64,000 bases of DNA from an uncultured Acidobacteriota bacterium (GTDB lineage: Bacteria; Actinomycetota; Acidimicrobiia; Spongiisociales; ZC4RG35). Every line of letters begins with the position of its first letter. Position 1 is the first letter of the stretch. The DNA lies in assembly GCA_963810465.1 (NCBI GenBank), contig CAWENM010000003.1, forward strand, positions 257,578-321,577, read 5' to 3'. The translations under genes and the position numbers were made by a program. This document shows, one piece after another, positions 9,950-18,988 of this stretch. The notes under the pieces are model-generated. The model searched no databases. It worked only from the letters and a program-made list of their open reading frames with translations, and was not told the origin of the DNA.

Positions 9950-10447
9950 GTGGACCAGTCATTCACAGCCGAGCAGGCATGCCGGCTGACGAACTGCACT
10001 CATCATCAACTTCGATATTGGGATCGTGTAGGACTGGTCAAACCCTCGGTGCAGACGACTGGTGGCAGACCCGGGGTACGTCGGCTCTACTCGTTCCGTG
10101 ATCTCGTCGCACTGAGAGTCGTTCGCAGCCTGCTGGACAATGGCATGTCGCTGCAACGGGTCAGACGAGCCTGGGACTATCTGCGCCGGGAGGGCGAGAT
10201 GGACGACCACCTCGCCGAGGTCAAGCTCGTCACCGATGGCCAGACCATTTTTCACGTCGGCTCCGACGAGGGGGAGTTGATGGACGCTCTCCGCACCGGC
10301 CAACTCGCCTTTTTCGTCGCAATCGACGAGATCACCCGCGAGGTCGAGGAGGACGTCTCCCGGTTCGAGCTCGATCGGAGCCGCTTTCTCGACATGCTCC
10401 GTCGCGTCGAGGACGACATCAGCGAAGAGCGGGCCGCCGGCTCCTGA
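9950..10447 (+). CDS. MerR-family transcriptional regulator
   Basis: The N-terminal HTH resembles MerR (FTAEQACRLTNCTHHQLRYWDRVGLV...YSFRDLVALRVVRSLLDNGMSLQRV). GTG start. Confidence 0.7.
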   Translation: MDQSFTAEQACRLTNCTHHQLRYWDRVGLVKPSVQTTGGRPGVRRLYSFRDLVALRVVRSLLDNGMSLQRVRRAWDYLRREGEMDDHLAEVKLVTDGQTIFHVGSDEGELMDALRTGQLAFFVAIDEITREVEEDVSRFELDRSRFLDMLRRVEDDISEERAAGS

Positions 10448-10490
10448 TCCCGGTCGGGGCTGCGGGCCGGGTGGCGATCGAATGGGCCGT

Positions 10491-10525
10491 GGGTTGCCGT
10501 GATGGCAACCCGGTGCTCAACAGAT
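10491..10525. terminator. Intrinsic terminator hairpin GGGTTGCC-GTGAT-GGCAACCC followed by a T-rich tract
   Basis: Perfect 8-bp stem plus 5-nt loop, then CAGATTTTGTGTG. Sits between convergent genes (MerR-like on plus, transglutaminase gene on minus). Confidence 0.65.
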
Positions 10526-10535
10526 TTTGTGTGCC

Positions 10536-12851
10536 CTACTCCCTGGGAATCAGTGACTTAGGGTTGAGGGAGGCAAGGGCCCGATCGCGACCCTCGAAAT
10601 TCCGCTTGATCCAGGTTTCCACGTGAGTCAGGTCTGATACGTGCCCGAGACCCTGGCGATCCCCATAGACCGTGGCCGAATACGACGAGGCGAGTGGGAC
10701 CAGAGATCGATCGGTGGCATGGGCGAATTCGAGCGGGGTCTGATGGGAGGGGACTGGTGTGCCGAGGTCGGCGAGACGATCGACTATCTCGTCCCAGGCG
10801 GCAGTGATGTCACCCTCGTGCAACCGCTTGATCCGTCTCCTCCGTCGGAACGCTTTCAGCATCGGGACCAGCGCCAGGAGACCGGCGAGAACAGGCAATA
10901 CCACCCATACCCACGTGAATCGGAGGCCGGCGTTGGCGCCGGAACTGGGGCCGATGGCCCCTCCACCCTCTTCGAACTGGCCCTCGAACGGCAAAGGCTC
11001 GCCGAGGGTGATCGCGCCTTCCCCGCCCTCAGGCAGATACGGCGCGGGGTCGAACTCGGCGGTGACGCTTTCGGGCAGCGTGCCATCGGCTCGGGGCGTT
11101 GGGTCGAAGCGCACCCAGCCGAACCCGTCCATCCACATCTCGACCCAGGCATGGGCGTTGTTGTCGCGGACCACGATCATTTCGGTGCCGTCATCCTGTT
11201 GCTCCACGCTGCCCGGGGTGAAGCCCCAAACCACCCGGCTCGGAATGCCCACGACGCGGCCGAGGTAGGCCATGGCGGCGGCGAACTGCTCGCAATAGCC
11301 CGTCCGGTAATTGAGGCTCTCCGGATCGGTGAGCCACGCCTCGAGGTCGAGTGTGCCGTGCCCGGTCGAGACTTCTGTCGAGTAGGTGAAATCGCCGCTC
11401 TCCCGGAACCAGCGCTCGAGTAGCCAGGCTGCTTCGAAAGGAGTCGAGGCACCCGCAGTCTGACGTCTTGCCTCCTGCCCCAGCGCCCTGGGGACTTCCT
11501 CGGTCAAATCGACGAATCTGTCGATGTCGGACGGCTGGTCTACGTCACCGGGTGGCTCACCTGGCTGGAGCGAGGTCGCGCCGGCCTCGGCCGCATTGGC
11601 GAACAACGGACTGAGAAGGCCTCCGGAGACGGTGGCGAGAGCGCCGAGATCCGCGTCCTGGAGAGGGAGGATCGACTGTGCCTCGTACTCGTCGCCTTCG
11701 TCCAGCTCTGCCTGGTAGATCGCCGAGCCGTCGGGAGTGATCTGGAACGCGCTGACGTTCACCGAGTCCGAGCGGAAGAACTGGCCTACACCGACGGTGG
11801 GCAGGACCTGAGACCTGAGGGCGGCGATCCGGACCCTCTGAGTGACCTCCTGGCTCGTTCCCCGGTAGGCGTGCTCCGGGTCGCCGCCACCGATCCCAGG
11901 CTCATAGAAGTCCGCCCGGTTGGCGGTGGGGCGCCACGCCTCCCCGTCGAAGAAGTCGAGACTCTCCATCCGCCAGTAGATCTCCTCGGCGGGTGGAGCG
12001 TTCGGATCGAGGGTGGCCCTGAAGACCACGGCATTCGTCCGCCGGATGATGCTCTGGCGCAGGTCGGCGAGGCGATCGAACGTGACGCCGCCGAAACCCG
12101 GTCCATAGCCGCCGCCATAACGCCAGCTGACGTTCCCTGTCGCAGGGACCAGCGAGGAGGCAGTGTCGGCGACGAACAGCGCACCTCCCGCGACCAGGGC
12201 GGCCAGGATCAGAGCCATGCCGCCGGCCCGCCGTGCAAGTGGCCGGCCTTCGACATCACGGACCCTGCCGGCATCCTGTCGTCGCTCGATCCCGATCGAT
12301 GCCAAGGCCAGTGCAATCACGATGGCGACGGCCCCCAGCCAGATCGGCCCACCCGGTATCCGGTCCATCACCGCGAACTGCAGGTACAGGCCCAGTGAGG
12401 GGGCGATCATCGCAATCGATGGACCTGCGGTCGCTCCCCAGACGTATAGAGCTCCGGTGATCCACATCAGTACCGCAAGGACCGCTACGACACCGGAGGT
12501 CGGGAACACCGGAGCCACACCGAATCGGACCAAATCCAGGGTCTGGCTCAGCTCGTCACCCAGCGCACCGAGGGTGCCCAGTGTGGGCACAAAGCCCAAC
12601 AGGAGCGTGTCCGGGACGGCGATGCGGAGGAACAGGGCGAGTCCGGCCACGACGAATACGGCCATGGCGACCCTCTTGTTGTTGACGGTCTGACCGAGCA
12701 GCCACCAGATCACCCCGCCGAGGAAGACGGAGGCGAGCATGATGAGCTGCCAGTCGGGTGCCTCGGGACCTGTGTCGAGAAGCCGCCCGAGTCGGACGAG
12801 CATCAACACGAAGGCGGCGGCGCCCGCTAGCCGACCGAGGCCGTTGTCCAT
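10536..12851 (-). CDS. Transglutaminase-domain membrane protein (TgpA-like, N-terminal polytopic region plus C-terminal transglutaminase core)
   Basis: Cys-His-Asp core: GYCEQFAAAMAYLGRVVGIPSRVVWGF ... AHAWVEMW...GWVRFDPTP. The N-terminal 300 aa hold many TM helices. The proposed start is the ATG at 12851 (MDNGLGRL...). The ORF-track extension to 13331 overlaps the DUF58 gene and is Arg-rich. Confidence 0.8.
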   Translation of the reverse strand: MDNGLGRLAGAAAFVLMLVRLGRLLDTGPEAPDWQLIMLASVFLGGVIWWLLGQTVNNKRVAMAVFVVAGLALFLRIAVPDTLLLGFVPTLGTLGALGDELSQTLDLVRFGVAPVFPTSGVVAVLAVLMWITGALYVWGATAGPSIAMIAPSLGLYLQFAVMDRIPGGPIWLGAVAIVIALALASIGIERRQDAGRVRDVEGRPLARRAGGMALILAALVAGGALFVADTASSLVPATGNVSWRYGGGYGPGFGGVTFDRLADLRQSIIRRTNAVVFRATLDPNAPPAEEIYWRMESLDFFDGEAWRPTANRADFYEPGIGGGDPEHAYRGTSQEVTQRVRIAALRSQVLPTVGVGQFFRSDSVNVSAFQITPDGSAIYQAELDEGDEYEAQSILPLQDADLGALATVSGGLLSPLFANAAEAGATSLQPGEPPGDVDQPSDIDRFVDLTEEVPRALGQEARRQTAGASTPFEAAWLLERWFRESGDFTYSTEVSTGHGTLDLEAWLTDPESLNYRTGYCEQFAAAMAYLGRVVGIPSRVVWGFTPGSVEQQDDGTEMIVVRDNNAHAWVEMWMDGFGWVRFDPTPRADGTLPESVTAEFDPAPYLPEGGEGAITLGEPLPFEGQFEEGGGAIGPSSGANAGLRFTWVWVVLPVLAGLLALVPMLKAFRRRRRIKRLHEGDITAAWDEIVDRLADLGTPVPSHQTPLEFAHATDRSLVPLASSYSATVYGDRQGLGHVSDLTHVETWIKRNFEGRDRALASLNPKSLIPRE

Positions 12852-14005
12852 GAGCTCCTCATTGCGATCATCCAGGCAGGTGCCCAGGCCTGGTCGGGTG
12901 CGACCGACACTGTCGTGACTCCCATACGGTGAAATCCGACCACGGTCTGGGATGTCGAGGCCGACGCAGTCATCAGGACGGTCGTCGGGAAGTCGCCCGC
13001 CAGTAGTTGCTGAACACCCAGGAGGGGCCGGTCGGCTACCCCGGTGACGATGACAAGGGCGCCACCGCCACCCTTCTGCCGGATCCTCCCGGCCACCGCT
13101 TCGATGTCGATCGCTGGGTCGGGTTGCACCAGCGCCAGACGCTCCATCGCCGAGGAGTAGCGGGCGGCGTCGATGGCCTCCGCATCGCCGGCCCAGAGGT
13201 CCGCGTCGAATCCTGACCCGACGAGATGTGTGACGACCGTGGCCGCTCCTGAGACCGCTTTCTCGAACGCGTCCTGTGACTCGTAGCTGGTGCTGCGCAC
13301 ATCGAGAAGTACCAGGGCGCGGGATTGCCACGGGGTCTCGAGCTGACGGATCATCAACTCATCGGTTCGAGCCGATGATGGCCAATGGACCCGTCGCAGG
13401 TCGTCGCCTTGTTGATACTCACGCAATGTGTAGAAGTCCTCGCCTCCGCGCTGGGCGTGCTCGGGGCGGGACGCCTGCATGGCCGGGTCCTGGCCCCGGA
13501 CAATCGGGAACCCGCTCAGCTCCTCGACGGCGGGATAGACCACGATCCGGTCCGCCGGGCCGGTCAGCTCGCTCGTCTCCGCCAGACCGAGAGGATCGCT
13601 CACCCGCGCCATCGTCGGCCCGACCCGGTAGACGCCACGAGGACGGCAGGTGACCCGATAGGTGGCCGTCGCCGACTCCTTTGCCTTGAGCCGCGCCACT
13701 TCGAACACGGCCACACCGAGACGGTTCACGTCGTCTTCGATGGAGAGACGGCTGAGACTGTGTCGCGCGGTGTTCTCGATCAGCAGCGTCACGGTCGTGG
13801 TCTCGCCGTCGTGAACCGTGGACGAGCCGAGTCTCCGGCTCACCTCGAGGCTTGGCCGACGTCTCCGCACCTGGATCAGGGCTACGGCCTGGGCCAGGAG
13901 GAGGAACACGCCGGTGAGGAGCAATTCGACCTCACCGAGGGCATACCAGAGGACGAGAAGGGCAAGACCGGCCCCCGACAGGGCCCAGCCTCGCAGTGTC
14001 GGCAT
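12827..14005 (-). CDS. DUF58-domain protein (MoxR-associated)
   Basis: REYQQGDDLRRVHWPSSARTDELMIRQLE is the diagnostic DUF58 motif. N-terminal TM segment. Start overlaps the moxR stop. Confidence 0.85.
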   Translation of the reverse strand: MPTLRGWALSGAGLALLVLWYALGEVELLLTGVFLLLAQAVALIQVRRRRPSLEVSRRLGSSTVHDGETTTVTLLIENTARHSLSRLSIEDDVNRLGVAVFEVARLKAKESATATYRVTCRPRGVYRVGPTMARVSDPLGLAETSELTGPADRIVVYPAVEELSGFPIVRGQDPAMQASRPEHAQRGGEDFYTLREYQQGDDLRRVHWPSSARTDELMIRQLETPWQSRALVLLDVRSTSYESQDAFEKAVSGAATVVTHLVGSGFDADLWAGDAEAIDAARYSSAMERLALVQPDPAIDIEAVAGRIRQKGGGGALVIVTGVADRPLLGVQQLLAGDFPTTVLMTASASTSQTVVGFHRMGVTTVSVAPDQAWAPAWMIAMRSSWTTASVG

Positions 14006-14984
14006 CAGGTGGCGATCCGGGAGGTGGTGCCCGGCACCCTCAGCCTGTTCATCAGGTCTTCGATGACGTCGGGGAGGGTCTCGCCACGCATCTGGGCCTC
14101 GGGCCGCAGGGCCATGCGATGCTCCAACACCGGGTGGGCCAGCAGCTTGATGTCGTCGGGCGTGACGTACTCCCTGCCCTGAGAGGCGGCTCGCGCCCTC
14201 GACAGCCGTTGGAGGAACAGCGCCGACCGTGGCGATGCTCCGAGCAGGACATCCGGATGCTGGCGGGTTCCGTCGACCAGGTCGATGATGTAGGTCTTGA
14301 CCGACGAGGAGACCGTCACCTCACGGGCCACCACAACGAGCTCTTCGATCTCCTCGACGGAGACCACGGGCTCCAGGTCGAGGAAGGTCGAGCGAACCCC
14401 GTGTGTGTCGAGAATCTCGAGCTCTTTCTGCCGACTCGGATACCCGATGACCACCCTCATCATGAACCTGTCCAGCTGGGACTCGGGTAGGGGATAGGTC
14501 CCCTCGTGCTCCAGAGGGTTCTGGGTGGCCATGACCATGAAGGGAACGGCAGGGGGCGGGTCACACCGTCGGAGGTGACCTGGCGCTCCTCCATCGCCTC
14601 GAGGAGGGCGGATTGTGTCTTCGGGCTCGCCCGGTTGATCTCGTCCCCAACCACGATGTTGGCGAAGATCGGGCCGGGTTTGAACTCGAATTCGTTGCGG
14701 TTGCGGTCCCAGACGGACACGCCGGTGACGTCGGAGGGGAGGAGGTCCGGTGTGAATTGGACTCGTTGGAACTCGCTGTGGATGGAGCGGGCAACGGATT
14801 TGGCCAACTGCGTCTTCCCGACCCCGGGAACGTCTTCGACCAGGACGTGCCCCTCGGCCACCAGGGCGAGCAGCACCAGCTCGACCACATCCCGCTTCCC
14901 CTGAATGACCTTCTCGACGTTGGTGGCGATCAGGTCGAATCGTCTCGAGAACGCTTCGATTTGCTGGGCGGATACCACGGCCAT
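14005..14984 (-). pseudogene. moxR: MoxR-family AAA+ ATPase interrupted by an apparent -1 frameshift (two ORFs, 14460..14984 and 14005..14538)
   Basis: The N-terminal ORF carries Walker A ([10 protein letters not shown]), Walker B ([10 protein letters not shown]) and ...VTRPLP. The C-terminal ORF continues in another frame with [26 protein letters not shown], the canonical MoxR sensor region. Inserting one C in the run near 14536 restores [15 protein letters not shown]. Confidence 0.85.
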
Positions 14985-15054
14985 TGACCCTCCCGACTCG
15001 CTTTTGTGGCTTCGACTCTACTGAGAGACGCTTTTATACGTAGCTAGAGTTCCC

Positions 15055-15312
15055 ATGGGAGTGTCCGACCGATCCGTGAAGAGTGGGCCCGGACTGGGCA
15101 GGGGTCTGTTTGCCTTGGCTGGCAGGCCCATTTTGCTGTGGGAAGCGATGCGTGCCGCAGTCGCGATGAGACGTCGGCATGGTGCCCTTCCCTCCCGCGT
15201 GTACCTCGACTGGCGGATGCACACGGCATATGGCCAGGGCACGAGGGAACCTCGACCTGAGGATCTGGCGTCATATCTCTCGTGGCGACGGAGAATGCGG
15301 GCGATCTCATGA
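15055..15312 (+). CDS. Possible small upstream ORF (85 aa, Arg-rich), doubtful
   Basis: ATG..TGA overlaps the next gene's ATG by ATGA at 15309-15312, suggesting coupling. No recognisable family and GC3 is not strongly coding-like. Confidence 0.2.
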   Translation: MGVSDRSVKSGPGLGRGLFALAGRPILLWEAMRAAVAMRRRHGALPSRVYLDWRMHTAYGQGTREPRPEDLASYLSWRRRMRAIS

Positions 15313-15893
15313 AAGAAAAACTTGTCGAACGGCTCCAGGACATACCCGGCGTCGAGTCCGTGTCGTTGGACATCGAGGAACTCGAATCGGGGATCAAGGT
15401 CAAGCTCGACGAGGACGCCGATGAGGCCCAGGTCCTCGAGTCGGTCCGCGCCCTCCTGGTCGCCTATGGAGTGAGATCTCTCGAGCATTCCGACCTCGAG
15501 ATAGGAAATCGTCTCTCCCAGGCCAGGGCAGCTCTCGGAGTGGACGTCCGAATCTCACAAGTGAAAGGCGGGGCCAGGGTGGAGGTCATCGGCACCGCCG
15601 TGCGCTCGTTCCGCCTGGTGCCCTCCACGCCGATGGCGATCGCTCAGGGCATGTGCGACGCCTGGTGTCAGGTTCTGGGGCGCATACCGTTGGAGATCAC
15701 GAGAGTCACACTTTCCCCGGATGAGGGAACGCTCACGGTCGTCGCCACCAACGGGACTCAGGAGCGGACCGGCCACGCCGACATCGAGGGTGGCTGGACC
15801 CTGGCGCTGCCGTTGGCGGTGGGTCGTGCGATCGGGGTCGTTGAGCCTGATTCTGAGGCGGGGGAGTCGGGTTTGGCCCACACCGATTGGTAA
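15309..15893 (+). CDS. Hypothetical protein
   Basis: 195 aa acidic ORF from the ATG at 15309 (MKEKLVERLQDIPGV...), with GGAGAA 14 nt upstream. No family recognised by eye. Confidence 0.5.
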   Translation: MKEKLVERLQDIPGVESVSLDIEELESGIKVKLDEDADEAQVLESVRALLVAYGVRSLEHSDLEIGNRLSQARAALGVDVRISQVKGGARVEVIGTAVRSFRLVPSTPMAIAQGMCDAWCQVLGRIPLEITRVTLSPDEGTLTVVATNGTQERTGHADIEGGWTLALPLAVGRAIGVVEPDSEAGESGLAHTDW

Positions 15894-15920
15894 CGTCACC
15901 AGTCAGGAACAGCGTTTCTA

Positions 15921-16418
15921 ATGGCACGGGTCCTTGTATTGAACGCCAGCTACGAGCCGCTCTCGGTGGTGACCACACGCCGGGCGGTCGTCCTCGTCCT
16001 CAACCAGAAGGCCAGCGTCGTCGTGGGGAAAGACGAGACGTGGAGCTCTGAGAGCGCCTCGATCGAAGTTCCCTCTGTGGTGCGTCTGACTCGATACGTG
16101 AAGGTTCCGTATCGCCGCGCCGCCCCCGTCACCCGACGTGCCGTCTTCGGGCGTGACGGCCATCGCTGCCAATACTGCGGAGGGCCGGCCGAGTCCCTCG
16201 ACCATGTGCTGCCCCGATCACGCGGTGGAGACCACAGCTGGGAGAACGTCGTCGCATGTTGTCGCCCTTGCAACATCTCCAAGGGGGATCGTCTCCCGAA
16301 AGAAGCCGGGCTCCGGCTGAGCAACAAGCCGGGCCCGCCACGACGGTATGCGTGGATCTACGCCTCCACCGGCTATCAGGTCGACCCGGCCTGGCATCCC
16401 TATCTCGAAGTCGCGTAG
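15921..16418 (+). CDS. HNH endonuclease
   Basis: HRCQYCGGPAESLDHVLPRSRGGDHSWENVVACCRPCNISKG is the HNH motif with Cys ligands. 165 aa. Confidence 0.8.
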   Translation: MARVLVLNASYEPLSVVTTRRAVVLVLNQKASVVVGKDETWSSESASIEVPSVVRLTRYVKVPYRRAAPVTRRAVFGRDGHRCQYCGGPAESLDHVLPRSRGGDHSWENVVACCRPCNISKGDRLPKEAGLRLSNKPGPPRRYAWIYASTGYQVDPAWHPYLEVA

Positions 16419-16428
16419 CCGTCTGATC

Positions 16429-16986
16429 GTGCCCCGGCTTCGCCCAGTGTCGGTGACCGACGCAGAGCAGATAGCCGCCATCTACGAGCCGTTGGTCCTG
16501 AGGACTGCCGTCTCCTTCGAATTGGATCCACCGGGGCCGGAGGAGATGGCGAGTCGAATCCAATCGGTCACCGCTAGTCATCCCTGGCTGGTCAGCGAGG
16601 AGAGCGGGGTGGTCCTCGCCTACGCCTATGCCACCGCGTTCCGCGGGCGCCCCGCCTACAGGTGGTCTGTCGAGACCACTGTGTACGTGAGCGAAGACCA
16701 TCGTGGGCGTGGAATCGGCGGAGATGTGTACCGGGGTCTTCTGGACCTCTCCACCCTCTGGGGCTTCGCCAACGCATATGCAGGGATCGCATTGCCCAAT
16801 CCGGGCAGCGAAGCCCTGCATGCCTCGCTCGGGTTCACCTCGATCGGGGTCTTCCCCAGGGCCGGGCACAAGATGGCGCAGTGGCACGACGTGGGCTGGT
16901 GGCACCGCCCACTGGCCTCGAGCGACCCGCCCCAGGAGCCGGCGCCTCCTGGCGAGGATCAGGTTCTCGCCCTCCTCACCCGCTGA
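16429..16986 (+). CDS. GNAT-family N-acetyltransferase
   Basis: In-frame GTG at 16429 follows the HNH stop. The acetyl-CoA binding motif (RGRGIGGDVYRGLLD) is typical of L-amino-acid N-acyltransferase-like GNATs. Confidence 0.7.
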   Translation: MPRLRPVSVTDAEQIAAIYEPLVLRTAVSFELDPPGPEEMASRIQSVTASHPWLVSEESGVVLAYAYATAFRGRPAYRWSVETTVYVSEDHRGRGIGGDVYRGLLDLSTLWGFANAYAGIALPNPGSEALHASLGFTSIGVFPRAGHKMAQWHDVGWWHRPLASSDPPQEPAPPGEDQVLALLTR

Positions 16987-17052
16987 ATCCGTCCGTATTT
17001 TCCTCACTTTTCGTCTTCTCCAGGTGTCTCGGTGTGGCAGTGATGGCATCGG

Positions 17053-17119
17053 GTGGGGCAAAAGGTTGACAAGTGGGGCGAAGTGGGCCATAGTGGCAGA
17101 CACGGCCCATGAGAAGTGG
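17053..17119 (+). promoter_or_regulatory. mraZ promoter with MraZ-box direct-repeat array (GTGGG/GTGGC repeats at 10-bp phasing)
   Basis: GTGGG lies at 17053, 17073, 17083 and 17115, and GTGGC at 17093. The core is AAGTGGGGCG-AAGTGGGCCA-TAGTGGCAGA, three consecutive 10-mers. TTGACA at 17065-17070, a 17-nt spacer and CATAGT at 17088-17093 look like -35/-10 elements. All sit 40-100 nt upstream of mraZ. Confidence 0.55.
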
Positions 17120-17155
17120 GGTCAGTGACATGAGGACGGACGGAGAAGCAAAGCA

Positions 17156-17569
17156 GTGTTCCTTGGCGAGTACTTCCACAGTCTCGACGGGAAGAGCCGG
17201 GTGGTCATGCCCTCCGGTTTTCGCCGTGATCTCGAAGACGGTTGTGTCGTCACCAAAGGCCAGGACCGTCAGCTCGTCCTCTTCCCGTCCGGTGAGTTCG
17301 AGGCGAGGGCGGCGGAGGTGACCGGCATGCAGCAGAACCGCTCCGGACGGCGCTTCTCTCGCACGGTCTTCTCAGGTGCTGATCTCCAGACGCTCGACAA
17401 GTCGGGCCGGGTGCTGATCAAGCCCGACCTGAGGGACTTCGCAGATCTGGAGACTGGCACAGAGATCGCGGTGATCGGTGTCTACGACCACGTGGAGCTG
17501 TGGAACAAGACGCTCTTCCTCGAGGACCGCGCCGCAGGTGATCAGAGCTACCTGGAGGAGGACGAGTAA
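17156..17569 (+). CDS. mraZ: Transcriptional regulator MraZ
   Basis: FLGEYFHSLDGKSRVVMPSGFR gives the duplicated SpoVT/AbrB-like halves. First gene of the dcw cluster. GTG start. Confidence 0.9.
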   Translation: MFLGEYFHSLDGKSRVVMPSGFRRDLEDGCVVTKGQDRQLVLFPSGEFEARAAEVTGMQQNRSGRRFSRTVFSGADLQTLDKSGRVLIKPDLRDFADLETGTEIAVIGVYDHVELWNKTLFLEDRAAGDQSYLEEDE

Positions 17570-17672
17570 CGACAGCACGTGCGTGGCTGGTTCATCGCCA
17601 GCCCCCCGGAACCAATGGAAGGCCCCTGACTCCGCCCGCTTCCTATTGGTACCAGCGCCCGGGGGGCTGGCA

Positions 17673-18608
17673 ATGAGCCAGAACCGGGACAACGACGACC
17701 GGGACTACCACCGGCCGGTTCTGGAGCATGAGGTGGCTGGGCTGCTGGCCCCGGTGCTGCCGGGTGTCGTGGTGGACGCGACATTCGGTGGTGGGGGACA
17801 CACCCGCCGGTTGCTGGATGAGTTCGGAGAGAGCGTGAAAATTGTGGCGATAGATCGCGACCCTGCGGCACTGGCCAATGCCAGAGACCTCGGCGTGCCC
17901 GCGGCCCAGGGCAACTTCTCCGATCTCGGGGACCTCGTCGCCTCGGTGACCCAAGAGCCAGTGGCCGGTGTCCTCTTCGATTTCGGGGTCTCGTCCCATC
18001 AGCTCGATGAGCCCGACCGGGGTTTCTCATATCGCCACGACGGGCCGCTCGACATGCGGATGGGCCCCGATGCGGCGTACACGGCTTCGGAGGTGGTCAA
18101 CGAATGGCCTGAGGACCGTCTCGCCGATGTCATCCGTCGTTTTGGGGAGGAGCCCCTGGCGCGGCGTGTCGCCCATGCCATCGTCGAAGGGCGCCCCTAT
18201 CAGTCGACGAGCCAGCTATCCACCGTCGTAGCCGCGGCGATCCCCGCGGCGCGCCGTCGGGCGGGGCATCCCGCCCGACGGACCTTTCAGGCGATCCGGA
18301 TCGCTGTCAACGGTGAGCTCGACGCCATATCGAGTGGTCTCGACCGGGCCATCGAGTTGGTGAAGCCGCAGGGGCGGATCCTGGCCATCTCGTATCACTC
18401 ACTGGAGGACCGGCTCGTCAAGCGTCGGTTCACGAAGGGCGCCACCGGCTGCACGTGCCCGCCCGAGCTCCCGGTGTGCGGGTGCGGGAACAGCGCCGAA
18501 CTGCGGATCCTGACCCGAAAAGGAATACGAGCGTCCGCTGCCGAGGTCGAGGCCAACAATCGTGCCCGCTCGGCGGTTCTGCGGGCTGCCGAGAAGGTGG
18601 CGGCGTGA
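17673..18608 (+). CDS. rsmH: 16S rRNA (cytosine1402-N4)-methyltransferase
   Basis: YHRPVLEHEV...VVDATFGGGGHTRRLL...FDFGVSSHQLDEPDRGFSY. Start ATG at 17673 (MSQNRDN...). The ORF-track N-terminal extension overlaps mraZ and is discarded. Confidence 0.88.
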   Translation: MSQNRDNDDRDYHRPVLEHEVAGLLAPVLPGVVVDATFGGGGHTRRLLDEFGESVKIVAIDRDPAALANARDLGVPAAQGNFSDLGDLVASVTQEPVAGVLFDFGVSSHQLDEPDRGFSYRHDGPLDMRMGPDAAYTASEVVNEWPEDRLADVIRRFGEEPLARRVAHAIVEGRPYQSTSQLSTVVAAAIPAARRRAGHPARRTFQAIRIAVNGELDAISSGLDRAIELVKPQGRILAISYHSLEDRLVKRRFTKGATGCTCPPELPVCGCGNSAELRILTRKGIRASAAEVEANNRARSAVLRAAEKVAA

Positions 18609-18988
18609 CTGCAGCGCGCCCGCTCAAGCAGTCGGCGCCACGGCAGGGCATGCGTGTCCTCCGGGGCCGCAAGCAGCTCAGGCGACCGGCCCTCGCCCCA
18701 TGGATGATGATGGTTCTGATCGGCGTAGCCGCCTTCCTGGGCCTTGGCTTCGCCAGGACGTCGCTGGACCGATCGGCGTTCGAGCTCGATCGTCTCGATC
18801 GTGCCATTGCCGAGCAGGAGGCTCTCAACGAGCAACTGCGGCTCGAGATCGCCCGCATGGAGAATCCGGCGCGCATCGCGCCACTGGCCGAGGAGCTCGG
18901 GCTGATGATCCCGGGCGACACCAGGCAGCTCCTGGTGGATCTGGGAGGTCCGGCGGTGGCCTCCGTCGATGAGGGAGATACGCAATGA
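18605..18988 (+). CDS. ftsL: Cell division protein FtsL-like (septum formation initiator)
   Basis: GTG at 18605 overlaps the rsmH TGA. 127 aa with a single TM helix (WMMMVLIGVAAFLGLGFA) followed by a coiled coil (LDRLDRAIAEQEALNEQLRLEIARMENP). Position is between rsmH and ftsI. Confidence 0.75.
   Translation: MTAARPLKQSAPRQGMRVLRGRKQLRRPALAPWMMMVLIGVAAFLGLGFARTSLDRSAFELDRLDRAIAEQEALNEQLRLEIARMENPARIAPLAEELGLMIPGDTRQLLVDLGGPAVASVDEGDTQ

Noticed and set aside
15000-15060. AT-richer divergent promoter region between moxR and the 15309 gene as a possible sRNA
   Set aside because: No terminator or conserved structure is visible. It is most simply a shared promoter region.
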